NCBI GenBank assembly: GCA_030157805.1
Contig: JAOAUB010000036.1
Coordinates: 2,108-66,107, forward strand
Direction: 5' to 3'
DNA length: 64,000 bases
From: Legionellaceae bacterium
Lineage (GTDB): Bacteria; Pseudomonadota; Gammaproteobacteria; Legionellales; Legionellaceae
The notes below the pieces were generated by a model. It had not been told where the DNA came from and searched no databases. It was given only the letters and a program-made list of their open reading frames with translations. Positions 49,687-60,692 of this stretch are shown here, one piece after another; within the stretch, counting starts at the first letter, position 1; each line of letters opens with the position of its first letter. Position numbers and translations under genes: made by a program.

Positions 49687-49710
49687 AACCCCATTTATGG
49701 GGTTTTTTAT
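49687..49710 (+). terminator. Rho-independent terminator/attenuator between metY and rimP
   Basis: AACCCCA (49687-49693) pairs with TGGGGTT (49698-49704) across a 4-nt loop. The run TTTTTATT follows. Confidence 0.6.
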
Positions 49711-49731
49711 TACCTAAAAAATGTAAATATT

Positions 49732-50178
49732 ATGTTGCGACCCGAAATTCAAGAATTATTGGAACCATTAATTGTAAGTTTAGGCTATGAGCTTTGGGGA
49801 TGTGATTATCTTCCTCAGGGGCAATATTCTTTACTTCGTGTTTATATTGATAAGCAAGAGGGTATTACCCTTGAAGATTGTGAATTAGTTAGTAAAGAGG
49901 TTGGCGCGTTGTTGGATGTTGAGGATCCGGTACCAGGCAACTATAGCTTAGAGATCTCATCACCAGGTATCCCACGACCCCTCTTTTGTAAAGAACATTA
50001 TAGTCGATACGTAGGGCAACAGGTTGCAATTAAATTACGTCAACCAGTGAATGGCAGCAGAAAACTAGCAGCAAAAATTGTTTCGGTAGGTAAGAGCTCG
50101 GTTGAACTCGATGTTGGTGGTACCACGATAAATGTAGAATTTTCAGAAATTCTGAAGGCGGATTTGATAGGTGAGTGA
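49732..50178 (+). CDS. rimP: Ribosome maturation factor RimP
   Basis: A 148-aa protein with the motif LRVYIDK...LEISSPG. It occupies the conserved position between metY and nusA. Confidence 0.9.
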   Translation: MLRPEIQELLEPLIVSLGYELWGCDYLPQGQYSLLRVYIDKQEGITLEDCELVSKEVGALLDVEDPVPGNYSLEISSPGIPRPLFCKEHYSRYVGQQVAIKLRQPVNGSRKLAAKIVSVGKSSVELDVGGTTINVEFSEILKADLIGE

Positions 50179-50186
50179 GGCGAACA

Positions 50187-51665
50187 ATGAGTAAAGAATT
50201 GTTATTAGTTGCTGAAGCATTATCTAATGAAAAGGGTGTTAGCAAAGAAGTTGTTTTGTTAGCAATACAAGCGGCTCTTGAATCAGCCACTCGAAAATTT
50301 TATGGCATGGATATGGGTGTTCGAGTGAGCCTTGATCATCGTACTGGTGATTATGATACATTTCGTTATTGGGACATTGTTCAAGATGATGTTGTTGAAA
50401 ATCCTGATAGTCAACTAGGTATTGCGGAAGCTTCAGAACGATCGCCTGGAATTCAAATCGGCGAACGAATCGAAGAGCCGTTGCCCTCAGTGGACTTTGG
50501 TCGAATCGCAGCACAAACAGCAAGACAAGTCATTATACAAAAAATTCGAGAAGCAGAAAGACAACAGATCATTGAGCAATACAACGCTAAGCTAGGTCAG
50601 TTAGTTACCGGCGTTGTTAAAAAAGTGATGCGAGATAATTTAATTGTGGATTTAGGCGGTAAAGCCGAGGCATTATTACCTCGTCAAGAAATGCTACCTA
50701 ATGAAATGTTTCGTCTCAATGAACGAGTTAGAGCTTATTTATCAAGTATTATCCCGCAAATTAGGGGGCCGCAATTATATCTTAGTCGAACGCGTAACGA
50801 AATGTTGATTGAGTTATTTCGTATTGAAGTTCCTGAAATTGGTGAAAATATTATTCAAATTAAGGCGGCAGCGCGTGATCCTGGCAATCGTGCCAAAATC
50901 GCAGTTAAAACCAATGACGGCCGTATCGATCCAGTTGGTGCTTGCGTTGGTATGCGTGGTGCGCGAGTTCAAGCTGTTTCCAATGAGCTGGGTGGAGAGC
51001 GAGTTGATATTGTGTTGTGGGATGACAATCCGGCGCAATTTGTTATTAATGCAATGGCCCCGGCTGATATCACATCGATTGTTGTTGATGAAGATAGTCA
51101 TACTATGGATTTAGCTGTTCAAAAAGAGCAGCTTTCACAAGCAATTGGCCGTAATGGGCAAAACGTTAAATTAGCAAGCCAGCTGTCAGGATGGACCTTA
51201 AATGTCATGACAGTCGAGGATTTCAACAACAAAAATCAGGAAGAGTCAGCTAAGATTGCTAAGTTGTTTGCAGATTCCTTGGGTATTGACGAAGAAATTG
51301 TGAATATATTGGTTGCCAATGGGTTTTCATCTATTGAAGAAATTGCCTATGTTCCTAAAGAAGAGTTATTAGCTATTGAAGAGTTTGATGAAGAGATTGT
51401 TGACGCGTTGAGAGAGCGTGCAAATGACAGTTTATTGACCCAAGCTCTGATTTCAGAGTCAACGGATGCATCAGAGTTGAGTGTTTCTTTAACCACTCTT
51501 GATGGTATGACGTCTGATTTAGCCGAGCAACTCATGGCGAAGGGTATTAATACTGTTGAAGACTTAGCTGAGCAATCTATTGATGATTTGCTTGATATTG
51601 CCGATATAACAGAAGAACAAGCAGGCGCGCTGATTATGAAAGCGAGAGAGCCCTGGTTTATGTAA
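50187..51665 (+). CDS. nusA: Transcription termination/antitermination factor NusA
   Basis: MSKELLLVAEALSNEKGVSKE begins the protein. S1 and KH domains are present, along with C-terminal acidic repeat (AR1/AR2-like) helices. Confidence 0.95.
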   Translation: MSKELLLVAEALSNEKGVSKEVVLLAIQAALESATRKFYGMDMGVRVSLDHRTGDYDTFRYWDIVQDDVVENPDSQLGIAEASERSPGIQIGERIEEPLPSVDFGRIAAQTARQVIIQKIREAERQQIIEQYNAKLGQLVTGVVKKVMRDNLIVDLGGKAEALLPRQEMLPNEMFRLNERVRAYLSSIIPQIRGPQLYLSRTRNEMLIELFRIEVPEIGENIIQIKAAARDPGNRAKIAVKTNDGRIDPVGACVGMRGARVQAVSNELGGERVDIVLWDDNPAQFVINAMAPADITSIVVDEDSHTMDLAVQKEQLSQAIGRNGQNVKLASQLSGWTLNVMTVEDFNNKNQEESAKIAKLFADSLGIDEEIVNILVANGFSSIEEIAYVPKEELLAIEEFDEEIVDALRERANDSLLTQALISESTDASELSVSLTTLDGMTSDLAEQLMAKGINTVEDLAEQSIDDLLDIADITEEQAGALIMKAREPWFM

Positions 51666-51700
51666 AGTTTAAATGCAAATAGTTGCAAGGGGATTAATGT

Positions 51701-54301
51701 ATGGCGGATGTGACGGTTAAGCATTTGGCTCAAGTGGTCGGTGTGCCTATTGAGCGTCTATTGAACCAGTTACAGGAAGCAGGTCTGTCCTTTACTGATG
51801 AAAGTCAGACGGTTAACGAAGAGCAAAAACGGATTCTGTTGAATCATTTAAAAACGAATAGTGCTCGAGAAGCAGGGGAAAAATCTGCGCGTATCACGCT
51901 TAAGCGAAAAAGTGTTACTCAGGTGACAGTAGGTCATGATGTTCATAGTGGCAAAACGGTGAATGTTGAGGTACGAAAAAAACGAACGTATGTTCAACGA
52001 GAAATCTTGCCGGAGGAGCCCCTTGAGAGTGAAGAGCGGGTCGTTGAGACAAGCTCGACAGAATTTTTAGTTGAGCCGGTAGTTCTTGACGATTCAACAA
52101 CGCCGCCTGTTGTTGATAAAGATAATGAGTTGGTGTTGAATGAGCAGGAGAGTGCTGAATTACCGCCTGTGTTGAACGAATTAACTGATTCGTCGGTAGT
52201 TCTTTCTGATGATGAGTCAATCACTTTATTAGCTGAGCCTGCAATTGAGGATGTGAAAGAGGTGGTTGTTGAGGCGTCGAAAGAGAAGCGCTTACGTCAA
52301 AATGAAATCGAAGACAAAGAAAAAGCTGAAAAAGCAGCTAAACGACGTGCCACTACTCGCGATGAGCATGAGAGTAAAAAACCTAAAAATAAATATGCAT
52401 TAACAAACTCAGATGAAGACGAAGAGGTTTCTATCTCTGGGCGACGTCGTCATAAAGGTAAACGATCTAAAGATAACGAAAAGTCAGATAAATACCGCGA
52501 GGCTGAAGAGTCGATGACGCATGCTTTTGCAATGCCCACGACGCCGGTCATTCGTGATGTGCCTATTCCTGAAACAATCACTGTGGCTGAGCTTGCAAAA
52601 CGTATGTCGGTCAAAGTCGCTGAAGTCATTAAAGTTATGATCGGTTTTGGTGCCATGGCAACCATTAATCAAGTGATTGATCAAGATACCGCGGTTATTG
52701 TTGTTGAAGAAATGGGACATGTTCCTCGATTGCTAAAAGACGATGTTTTGGAACATACGCTGGGTCAATCGATTGATAAAGGAAGTCGTAACGAAACCCG
52801 AGCCCCTGTTGTAACGATTATGGGGCATGTGGATCATGGTAAAACATCGTTACTTGATTATATTCGAACAGCCAAAGTTGCTGCTGGAGAAGCGGGTGGA
52901 ATAACTCAGCACATTGGCGCCTATCATGTGAATACGCCTAAAGGAGAAATCACCTTTCTTGATACACCTGGCCATGCTGCATTTACTGCCATGCGGGCTC
53001 GTGGTGCTAAAGTTACGGATATTGTCGTGTTGATTGTTGCTGCGGATGATGGTGTTAAACCGCAAACTATCGAGGCGATTCAACACGCCAAGGCTGCAAA
53101 AGTTCCAATTATTGTTGCTATTAATAAAATTGACAAACACGATGCAGATCCTGAGCGGGTAATGAATGAATTAGCGACACATGAAGTGATACCTGAAGCA
53201 TGGGGTGGTGACACACAGTTTGTGAAAATATCAGCCAAGTCAGGGGTGGGAATTGATGAATTATTAGATTCTATTTTGTTGCAATCGGAAGTGTTGGAAT
53301 TAAAAGCCGTCGTTGATGGTGCAGCACGAGGAATTGTTATTGAATCTCGACTTGATAAAGGTCGTGGGCCCGTTGCCACCATCCTGGTTCAAAGTGGTAC
53401 ATTGCATAAGGGCGATATTGTTTTAGCAGGATTTCAATACGGCCGGGTTCGAGCTTTGGTGAGTGATAGTGGTCATCCGGTGGAAAGTGCGGGACCCTCT
53501 ATTCCTGTTGAAGTGCTTGGTTTGTCGGCTATTCCTCATGCAGGTGATGAAGCATTAGTTGTTCCTGATGAGCGTAAAGCTCGAGAAGTCGCTTTATTTC
53601 GACAAGGTAAGTTCCGTGATGTCAAACTAGCCAGAAAGCAAAAATTAACTCTTGAAGGAATTTTTGACAATATGGCGACAGCGGAGGTTAAGGTACTTAA
53701 TGTTGTGTTGAAAGCTGATGTTCAAGGTTCTTTGGAAGCCATCACGGATGCTTTAACTAAATTATCTAATGACGAGGTTAAGGTTGAAGTTATTGCTAGT
53801 GGAGCAGGGGGAATTACCGAGTCGGATGTGCATTTAGCAATTGCTTCTAGCGCAATTTTGATTGGATTTAATGTTCGTGCTGATGCAACAGCTAAGCGTT
53901 TAGCGGAACAAGAGTCAGTACTGCTTCATTATTACAGTGTGATTTACGATATTGTTGATCAAGTTAAAGCGGCATTAACAGGAATGCTTTCTCCGCAATT
54001 TAAAGAGGAAATTATTGGAATTGCTGAAGTGCGCGATGTTTTCCGTTCGCCCAAGTTGGGAGCCATTGCGGGTTGCATGGTGGTTGAGGGAATGATTAAG
54101 CGAAATAATCCGATACGTGTTTTACGCCATAATGTGGTTATTTATGAAGGAACGCTGGAGTCTTTACGTCGTTTTAAAGATGATGTCCTCGAAGTACGTC
54201 AAGGATTTGAGTGTGGCATCGGCGTTAAAAATTATAACGATGTTAAGACAGGGGATTTGATCGAAGTCTTTGAAACTATTGAAGTTAAGCGTGTATTATG
54301 A
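51701..54301 (+). CDS. infB: Translation initiation factor IF-2
   Basis: The G-domain motifs are [22 protein letters not shown] and NKID. The N-terminal region is acidic and low in complexity. Confidence 0.95.
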   Translation: MADVTVKHLAQVVGVPIERLLNQLQEAGLSFTDESQTVNEEQKRILLNHLKTNSAREAGEKSARITLKRKSVTQVTVGHDVHSGKTVNVEVRKKRTYVQREILPEEPLESEERVVETSSTEFLVEPVVLDDSTTPPVVDKDNELVLNEQESAELPPVLNELTDSSVVLSDDESITLLAEPAIEDVKEVVVEASKEKRLRQNEIEDKEKAEKAAKRRATTRDEHESKKPKNKYALTNSDEDEEVSISGRRRHKGKRSKDNEKSDKYREAEESMTHAFAMPTTPVIRDVPIPETITVAELAKRMSVKVAEVIKVMIGFGAMATINQVIDQDTAVIVVEEMGHVPRLLKDDVLEHTLGQSIDKGSRNETRAPVVTIMGHVDHGKTSLLDYIRTAKVAAGEAGGITQHIGAYHVNTPKGEITFLDTPGHAAFTAMRARGAKVTDIVVLIVAADDGVKPQTIEAIQHAKAAKVPIIVAINKIDKHDADPERVMNELATHEVIPEAWGGDTQFVKISAKSGVGIDELLDSILLQSEVLELKAVVDGAARGIVIESRLDKGRGPVATILVQSGTLHKGDIVLAGFQYGRVRALVSDSGHPVESAGPSIPVEVLGLSAIPHAGDEALVVPDERKAREVALFRQGKFRDVKLARKQKLTLEGIFDNMATAEVKVLNVVLKADVQGSLEAITDALTKLSNDEVKVEVIASGAGGITESDVHLAIASSAILIGFNVRADATAKRLAEQESVLLHYYSVIYDIVDQVKAALTGMLSPQFKEEIIGIAEVRDVFRSPKLGAIAGCMVVEGMIKRNNPIRVLRHNVVIYEGTLESLRRFKDDVLEVRQGFECGIGVKNYNDVKTGDLIEVFETIEVKRVL

Positions 54302-54648
54302 AACGACAGTTTAAACGCAGTGATCGCGTTGCAGAATTACTGCAACGTGAATTATCGCAATTAATTCAACTTGAAATAAAAGATCCTCGTTTACCGGCAT
54401 TTGTTACTATTTCTAGTGTTACTGTTTCTCGTGATTTAAATTATGCGAAAGTTTATTTTACCATTCTTTCTGGCGATAAAAAGGAAACGACGACAGTTCT
54501 AAATAATGCTGCTAATTATTTGCGTTCAGTTTTGGCTAAAACCATTAAATTATATACGATGCCTCAACTGATGTTTATTTATGATGAGTCGATAGAGTAT
54601 GGAATCAACTTGAGTAAACTAATTGATGATGTTAATCCTGCTGACTGA
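54298..54648 (+). CDS. rbfA: Ribosome-binding factor A
   Basis: The sequence [17 protein letters not shown]...KDPR is present. The start overlaps the infB stop (ATGA). Confidence 0.9.
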   Translation: MKRQFKRSDRVAELLQRELSQLIQLEIKDPRLPAFVTISSVTVSRDLNYAKVYFTILSGDKKETTTVLNNAANYLRSVLAKTIKLYTMPQLMFIYDESIEYGINLSKLIDDVNPAD

Positions 54649-54696
54649 GGTGATTCACTTAAGGTTCTGGATTGTGCAACTGAAAAAATCCATTAT

Positions 54697-55671
54697 ATGG
54701 AGTTGTTAATGAATACGCCAAAAGCAATCTCCTCTTTCAACGTTAATCAAAAACAAAAAGCCAAAAATAACTATGTTGCAGTTGATGGCATTTTGCTCCT
54801 GAATAAACCACTTGAATTGACTTCTAACGCGGCATTACAACAAATAAAAAGACATTATCGAGCGGAAAAAGCGGGTCATACGGGTAGTCTTGATCCCTTG
54901 GCAACGGGCATGTTGCCGATTTGCTTTGGTGAGGGCACCAAGTTTAGTCAATATGTTCTTGAGTCGGATAAAACTTATTTAGCTACGGGCTTATTAGGAT
55001 CTAAAACTAGCACGGGTGATGCGGCGGGCGAAGTCGTTGCTTCAGTTGAAAAAATTGAGGTTAGCGAAGAAGAGTTACTGTCCGTTTTAAATGGATTTCA
55101 AGGTGAAACCTTGCAATTACCCTCCATGTTTTCGGCTTTGAAACATCAGGGTGTTCCCCTGTACCGTTACGCTCGTCAAGGAGTTGTGATTGAACGAAAC
55201 GCTCGTCCTATTCACATTCATGAATTACAACTGATAAGTTATGACGGCAAAAAGTTTGAGATTAAAGTGTCGTGCGGTAAAGGAACTTACATTCGTAATT
55301 TGGTGGAGGACATCGGGGAAAAGTTAGGTACTTTTGCTCACGTGATTCAGTTGCATCGCTTGTACACCAGTGGATATGCTGATCAGGTTATGTATCCTTT
55401 AGATGAGGTGTTGGCAATGGATTCGATGGAGTTGATGCGATGTTTGTTGCCAATAGATACCCCGGTTCTTCATTTGCCTTCTGTTCGCTTGTCAGAACTA
55501 GAATCGGTGAGCTTACATCAGGGTAAAGTTGTTGTCAAAGAAGGTGGGACGGAAGGCCTCTGTGTTCGCTTGTACAATGAAAACGAGTGTTTTGTTGGTT
55601 TAGGAACCTGGGTTTCTGAGCGCCTTCTGCGCGCTAAGAGGTTAGTCAGAACATCGATAAATGCTTTATGA
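54697..55671 (+). CDS. truB: tRNA pseudouridine-55 synthase
   Basis: GILLLNKP is present. The catalytic Asp motif is GHTGSLDPLATGMLP. Translation may begin at the second or third Met. Confidence 0.9.
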   Translation: MELLMNTPKAISSFNVNQKQKAKNNYVAVDGILLLNKPLELTSNAALQQIKRHYRAEKAGHTGSLDPLATGMLPICFGEGTKFSQYVLESDKTYLATGLLGSKTSTGDAAGEVVASVEKIEVSEEELLSVLNGFQGETLQLPSMFSALKHQGVPLYRYARQGVVIERNARPIHIHELQLISYDGKKFEIKVSCGKGTYIRNLVEDIGEKLGTFAHVIQLHRLYTSGYADQVMYPLDEVLAMDSMELMRCLLPIDTPVLHLPSVRLSELESVSLHQGKVVVKEGGTEGLCVRLYNENECFVGLGTWVSERLLRAKRLVRTSINAL

Positions 55672-57036
55672 TGATTGACTCCATTTTTTAATTGATGTTG
55701 CCCAAACCCATAAAAAATAGATGCTTAGGCCAAGCAGCGTTAGGTTACGAAGTGCAATGGCGTAAATAAATTTAGATTCAAAAGCAATAAAACGCAAATA
55801 GCCCACATCAAACACATAGTAAGTAAGTGCATAGATAACAAAACATGAAATGCATGCCAGCCTGCTAGGGCGCGATACACTTAATAAGCTAATGCCAGGC
55901 ATGAGCCAAATGAAAAATTGTGGTGATAGAACTCGTTGACTACTTAAAAACATTAAAAAAATAGTGAAGCAGGTGAGTAGAAAAAGATCTTGGGGAAAGT
56001 CTTTTCTATTTTTGCATTTGAGGAGGCAGGCCCACAGCCAGAAAAACATTCCTGCGAAAAGAATAAAACCGAGGCATTTACTTAGCATGAGGTAAGTTGC
56101 GGGAGTGCTTTCTTTGGCTAAGTGTAGTGCCCCATAGTTAAATTTAATTTTTAAAGCCTGCTCATGATTTAGCGCCTTTTTTAACATCCAAGGGGTGGCC
56201 CAAACAGACTCTACCTGAATTCCACGTTCTTCATGCTGAAATAGGCATGTAAATAAGCTGACTTCGCCTAAAGAACTGTAACTAAGCAGGAACAGAAAAA
56301 TCGGGGTGGTTGCTTTGACAATTTCTTTCACGGCATTGCGTGCAGAGACTTTTCCTTGCTCACGGCCCCGAATGATGGCAGTTGCGATTAAAAGTAATCC
56401 GGGAACTATCTTGGTGAGTGCTCCTAATATTCCGAACAGGTATTGAATCCACCGATTATTTTGCCAATGATAAAATGAAAAAATAATTAAAACAAAAAAG
56501 AGAGAAACGACGACATCGATTCGATCATAGAGTAGATGTCCTTGGAAGAAGCCTAACGTCGAATAAATACCAGCAACGGCGATAAGACGCCATCCTTTAA
56601 GTCTAAGAACAGAGAATGCATACTGCAATAAAAAATAAAATAAGACACACTCAATGAGCAACATTTCAAGTTGAAAAGCATTACGGTAGTCAATATGATC
56701 TTTGAGATACGTTAATAGTTGCATTGGCATGTAAATAAGTGGTAACGCCAGAGGCGGGTAGGGGAAAGAAAAATCGAAATAAGCAGTTTCTCCTTGTGTG
56801 ATGCCTTGAGTAGCCCACTGATAATATATTTTTAGGTCTGATAGGTAGACAGAATACCAATGAATGATCGCCAATCGACTGAGAATGAAAAATGCAAATA
56901 GAGATGTCAAAATTTCTCTGGGGATGTTCTTCGTTGTTTGTTTATCGTAACTAATTTGATTTTCTTTGCTGAAGGTCTCCATGGTCATCCCAAACACCTC
57001 ATAACTATCCCTGAATAGTTTAAGCCTCGGGTACAC
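55666..57036 (-). CDS. GT-C fold membrane glycosyltransferase-like protein (GT87/DUF2029-like)
   Basis: A 456-aa protein with at least 10 predicted TM helices. The first loop motif, SDLKIYYQWATQGITQGETAYFDFSFPYPPLALPL, matches the D-x-x-x-Y...PY...YPPL signature of polyprenol-phosphate-sugar dependent GT87 enzymes. The gene converges on truB with a 6-nt overlap. Confidence 0.6.
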   Translation of the reverse strand: MYPRLKLFRDSYEVFGMTMETFSKENQISYDKQTTKNIPREILTSLFAFFILSRLAIIHWYSVYLSDLKIYYQWATQGITQGETAYFDFSFPYPPLALPLIYMPMQLLTYLKDHIDYRNAFQLEMLLIECVLFYFLLQYAFSVLRLKGWRLIAVAGIYSTLGFFQGHLLYDRIDVVVSLFFVLIIFSFYHWQNNRWIQYLFGILGALTKIVPGLLLIATAIIRGREQGKVSARNAVKEIVKATTPIFLFLLSYSSLGEVSLFTCLFQHEERGIQVESVWATPWMLKKALNHEQALKIKFNYGALHLAKESTPATYLMLSKCLGFILFAGMFFWLWACLLKCKNRKDFPQDLFLLTCFTIFLMFLSSQRVLSPQFFIWLMPGISLLSVSRPSRLACISCFVIYALTYYVFDVGYLRFIAFESKFIYAIALRNLTLLGLSIYFLWVWATSIKKWSQSS

Positions 57037-57200
57037 TATAAAGGATGTCGTTTGTTTAAGGCAAGCGGCTATCTACATATTGCCAAATTCAATTTTTTTG
57101 AAAAAAAATAAGTATAGAATTGATTCATAATATTTGATACAATTTACTCCTTTCGTGATTTTATAAAAGAATGTTATTACTAATTCCAGGAGCCTAAACT

Positions 57201-57476
57201 ATGTCGCTAACCAGCGTCCAAAAAGCAGAAATTGTTGATCAATATAAGCAATCAGCTACTGATACCGGTTCTCCGGAAGTTCAAGTTTCTTTAATCACAG
57301 CACGAATTAAATATTTGACCGAACATTTTAAAGAGCATCGCAAAGATTTTCACTCACGTCGTGGGTTACAAAGTTTAGTCAATAAGCGTCGTAAACTGTT
57401 AAAATATTTGAAACAAAATGATGGTCCTCGTTATAAGGCATTAATTGTTAGTTTAGGTCTTAGAGATAGCAACTAG
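57201..57476 (+). CDS. rpsO: 30S ribosomal protein S15
   Basis: [56 protein letters not shown] is canonical S15. Confidence 0.95.
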   Translation: MSLTSVQKAEIVDQYKQSATDTGSPEVQVSLITARIKYLTEHFKEHRKDFHSRRGLQSLVNKRRKLLKYLKQNDGPRYKALIVSLGLRDSN

Positions 57477-57505
57477 GGTTTGTTGATATTTCATGTTCTC
57501 AAACA

Positions 57506-57597
57506 CCATAAAGTCCCTACGTACGGCGACTTCTTTACGTTATACAGCTTTTTATCCTGGCTGAAACTGACAAGACGCGCCACGTAGGCTTTATAGG
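57506..57597 (+). promoter_or_regulatory. Long irregular hairpin in the rpsO-pnp intergenic leader (candidate RNase III/autoregulatory site)
   Basis: CCTACGT (57516-57522) pairs with ACGTAGG (57582-57588). ATAAAG (57508-57513) pairs with CTTTAT (57589-57594). Further G-C pairs lie inside. The position is analogous to the E. coli pnp leader hairpin. Confidence 0.4.
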
Positions 57598-57760
57598 ACA
57601 ATTGTTAACAGATACTAGTTCATTGATTAATTGAATTTAATTTAATTTTTGCTTTTGCTTAAGCAACCTTATTGGGTGGGAAGCTGGATTATTATCAAAA
57701 AAATTGGGTTAATGTTGAACGGGTGTTTTTTACCGTCTATAAAAGTGTTCACAAAGCTTC

Positions 57761-57788
57761 AAGGCGCCTTTTTGCGCCTTTTTTTTTA
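57761..57788 (+). terminator. Intrinsic terminator-like hairpin 27 nt upstream of the pnp start codon
   Basis: AAGGCGC (57761-57767) pairs with GCGCCTT (57774-57780). A run of thymidines follows, extending to about 57787. Confidence 0.5.
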
Positions 57789-57814
57789 ATAAAAAATGAT
57801 TGAGGTAAACTTTC

Positions 57815-60025
57815 GTGCCAAAATACATCAAGGAAATACAATACGGTCAATATAATTTAGTTATGGAGACCGGTGAAGTAGCAAGACAAGCCGATGCTGC
57901 CGTTTTAGTCAGTATGGCCGGTACTCAGGTTTTAGTCACGGTTGTGGCAAAAAAGGAAGGTGCTGAAAATAACGATTTTTTCCCGTTGCAAGTTAACTAT
58001 CAAGAGCGAACTTATGCAGTTGGAAAAATTCCGGGGGGCTTTAATAAACGTGAAGGTCGTCCTAGTGAACATGAAACTTTAACGTCGCGTTTAATCGATA
58101 GACCACTGCGTCCTTTATTTCCAAAACGTTTTTATCATGAGGTGCAAGTGATAGCGACGGTGATGTCGCTGAACCCCGAGGTTCCTGCTGATATTCTTGC
58201 GATGATTGGTGCTTCGTGTGCTATGTCGTTGTCGGGCTTGCCTTTTGCAGGACCCATTGCTGCTGCTCGAGTAGGTTATAAAGAAGGTGTTTATTTATTA
58301 AATCCAGGACATGTTGAAGTTCAAAATTCTGATCTTAATTTAGTTGTGGCAGGGACTCAAGATGCTATTTTGATGGTTGAGTCAGAAGCTTGTGAATTAT
58401 CCGAAGAAATCATGCTTGGTGCCGTGCTGTTTGGGCATGAAATGATGAAAAACGTCATTAAAGCAATCAATGAATTGGTTGTGGAAGCAGGTAAGCCATC
58501 TTGGAATTGGTCAGCCCCTGAAGAAAACACCCACTTAACAGGTCGGGTACTTGAGCTTGCTGAATCAAAACTTGCCGAAGCGTATCAACTTAAAGACAAA
58601 CAACAGCGGTATGCTAAGCTTGAGTTAGTCCGTAAAGAGCTTGTTGCAGCATTGACTGCTGAAAATGAATTGTTTAGTTTAGACGCGATTGAAAATGAAA
58701 TTGAAGTTTTAGAAAGAAACGTTGTTCGTCATCGTATTTTAGCGGGCGAGCCGCGTATTGATGGTCGTGATCATCAAACAGTACGTCCTATTTCTATTCG
58801 AACGAAATTTCTTGATAGAGCGCACGGCTCCGTTCTTTTTACTCGTGGTGAAACGCAAGCGATTGTTGCCGCAACCTTGGGTAATGATCGAGATGCTCAA
58901 ACGCTTGATGGTCTAAGTGGTGACACTAAAGATCGCTTTATGCTTCATTATAATTTTCCTCCCTACTGTGTCGGTGAAACTGGTATGGTTGGTAGTCCAA
59001 AACGACGTGAAATTGGCCATGGTCGTTTAGCAAAACGCAGCTTGATCGCAGTTTTACCTTCAACCGCTGATTTCCCTTATGTTTTACGCGTTGTGTCAGA
59101 GATTACGGAGTCGAATGGTTCCAGCTCAATGGCAACAGTGTGTGGTGCTAGTTTGGCTTTAATGGACGCCGGGGTTCCTTTAAAAGCTCCTGTTGCAGGA
59201 GTAGCCATGGGTCTTATTAAAGAAGGCGAACAATTTGCTGTATTAACAGACATTCTGGGTGATGAAGATCATCTTGGTGACATGGATTTTAAAGTGGCGG
59301 GAACTGAAAAAGGGATCACGGCACTGCAAATGGATATTAAAATCACCGGAATCACCAAAGACATTATGGGACAAGCTTTAGATCAAGCGCTTGCTGGCCG
59401 TAAGCATATTCTTTCGGTTATGAACAATTCTTTATCATCGCATCGCAATGAATTATCTGAACATGCGCCACGAATTGTCACGATGAAAGTAGCTGAAGAT
59501 AAAATTCGTACAGTCATCGGTAAGGGTGGAGCAACTATTAAGGGCTTGATTGAGAGCACCGGAGTATCTATCGATATTGATGATAGTGGACTTGTTCAAC
59601 TATTTTCTCCTAATGCGGACGCTTTGGAAGAAGCTAAAAAACAAATTAAAGCATTGACTGCAGAAATTGAAATTGGACAAATTTATCATGGCAAAGTAAG
59701 CCGTATCGTTGATTTTGGCGCATTCATTAATTTACTTCCTGGCAAAGATGGATTATTGCATATTTCACAAATTTGCAGTGATCGAAGTCAAAAAGTAGAG
59801 GCTGTTTTACAAGAAGGTCAAGATATCGACGTCCTAGTTGCAGGTGTTGATAAACAGGGCAAAGTTAAGCTGGAATGGTTGAACAAACCGGGTGTTGCCA
59901 ACAAAACAGAACAAGAGGCAAGTTCTGAATCTTTAAGCACGGAATCAATCAGTTCAGAGCAGGTAAATTCTGAGTCAGTTGTGAGCCAGCCAGCACCATT
60001 AGAGTTGCCATCTGAAGGTGAATAA
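57815..60025 (+). CDS. pnp: Polyribonucleotide nucleotidyltransferase (PNPase)
   Basis: GTG start after the [38 protein letters not shown] is present. Two RNase PH domains, a KH domain and an S1 domain follow. The C-terminus is a Ser/Glu-rich tail of about 45 aa. Confidence 0.95.
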   Translation: MPKYIKEIQYGQYNLVMETGEVARQADAAVLVSMAGTQVLVTVVAKKEGAENNDFFPLQVNYQERTYAVGKIPGGFNKREGRPSEHETLTSRLIDRPLRPLFPKRFYHEVQVIATVMSLNPEVPADILAMIGASCAMSLSGLPFAGPIAAARVGYKEGVYLLNPGHVEVQNSDLNLVVAGTQDAILMVESEACELSEEIMLGAVLFGHEMMKNVIKAINELVVEAGKPSWNWSAPEENTHLTGRVLELAESKLAEAYQLKDKQQRYAKLELVRKELVAALTAENELFSLDAIENEIEVLERNVVRHRILAGEPRIDGRDHQTVRPISIRTKFLDRAHGSVLFTRGETQAIVAATLGNDRDAQTLDGLSGDTKDRFMLHYNFPPYCVGETGMVGSPKRREIGHGRLAKRSLIAVLPSTADFPYVLRVVSEITESNGSSSMATVCGASLALMDAGVPLKAPVAGVAMGLIKEGEQFAVLTDILGDEDHLGDMDFKVAGTEKGITALQMDIKITGITKDIMGQALDQALAGRKHILSVMNNSLSSHRNELSEHAPRIVTMKVAEDKIRTVIGKGGATIKGLIESTGVSIDIDDSGLVQLFSPNADALEEAKKQIKALTAEIEIGQIYHGKVSRIVDFGAFINLLPGKDGLLHISQICSDRSQKVEAVLQEGQDIDVLVAGVDKQGKVKLEWLNKPGVANKTEQEASSESLSTESISSEQVNSESVVSQPAPLELPSEGE

Positions 60026-60051
60026 AGGAAGTTATTGACGTCTGTCTAAAT

Positions 60052-60087
60052 TTGACGTCCTGTGCGCATCACGTCGCAGGACGTCAA
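60052..60087. terminator. Bidirectional stem-loop between convergent pnp and folE
   Basis: TTGACGTCCTG (60052-60062) pairs with CAGGACGTCAA (60077-60087). An additional upstream direct copy, TTGACGTCTG, lies at about 60035-60044. Confidence 0.5.
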
Positions 60088-60125
60088 TCAAAAGCGTAAA
60101 CTTTGCGTGGACAAATTCCTAAGTG

Positions 60126-60674
60126 TTACGAAATCAAACCTAAAAATTCAGCGCGCGTTTTAGTGTCATGACGCATTGAACCTAACATAACGGATGTTTT
60201 CATCACGGAGTTTTGTTTTTCAACGCCGCGCATCATCATGCATAAATGTTTCGCTTCAATCACAACACCTACCCCGTTTGATCCAGTGACGGATTCAATA
60301 CAATGAGCAATTTCACTGGTGAGGCGTTCTTGAATTTGTAAGCGGCGAGCATAGTAATCAACAATTCGGGCAACTTTGGATAGTCCAATGACTTTACCGT
60401 TGGGAATGTAACCGACATGACATTTGCCTAAAAAAGGTATAAGGTGATGTTCACACATTGAATACATTTCAATGTCTTGAACAACAACCATTTCACTCAT
60501 GTCCGAGTCAAATAAGGCATTGTTAATGATTTCGTCAAGGCTTTCGCGATAGCCTTTAGTCAAATATTGAATGGAATTGGCAGCGCGCTCTGGTGTGCCT
60601 TGCAATCCTTGGCGTGTTGGATCTTCGCCAATTTCAATTATAATTTGTTTATAATGTTCTTCTAAATCATGCAT
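60126..60674 (-). CDS. folE: GTP cyclohydrolase I
   Basis: The zinc-site motif is [18 protein letters not shown] and HLCMMMRGV are also present. Confidence 0.9.
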   Translation of the reverse strand: MHDLEEHYKQIIIEIGEDPTRQGLQGTPERAANSIQYLTKGYRESLDEIINNALFDSDMSEMVVVQDIEMYSMCEHHLIPFLGKCHVGYIPNGKVIGLSKVARIVDYYARRLQIQERLTSEIAHCIESVTGSNGVGVVIEAKHLCMMMRGVEKQNSVMKTSVMLGSMRHDTKTRAEFLGLIS

Positions 60675-60692
60675 AAGGGATAGCTCTATATT

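Noticed and set aside
51915-53382. A series of 70-100-aa ORFs antisense to infB. Similar shadow ORFs occur inside msbA, coxA, nusA, kup, bamA and proS.
   Set aside because: All are fully embedded opposite strongly supported conserved genes. They have skewed, low-complexity compositions and lack ribosome binding sites. These are typical antisense shadow ORFs.
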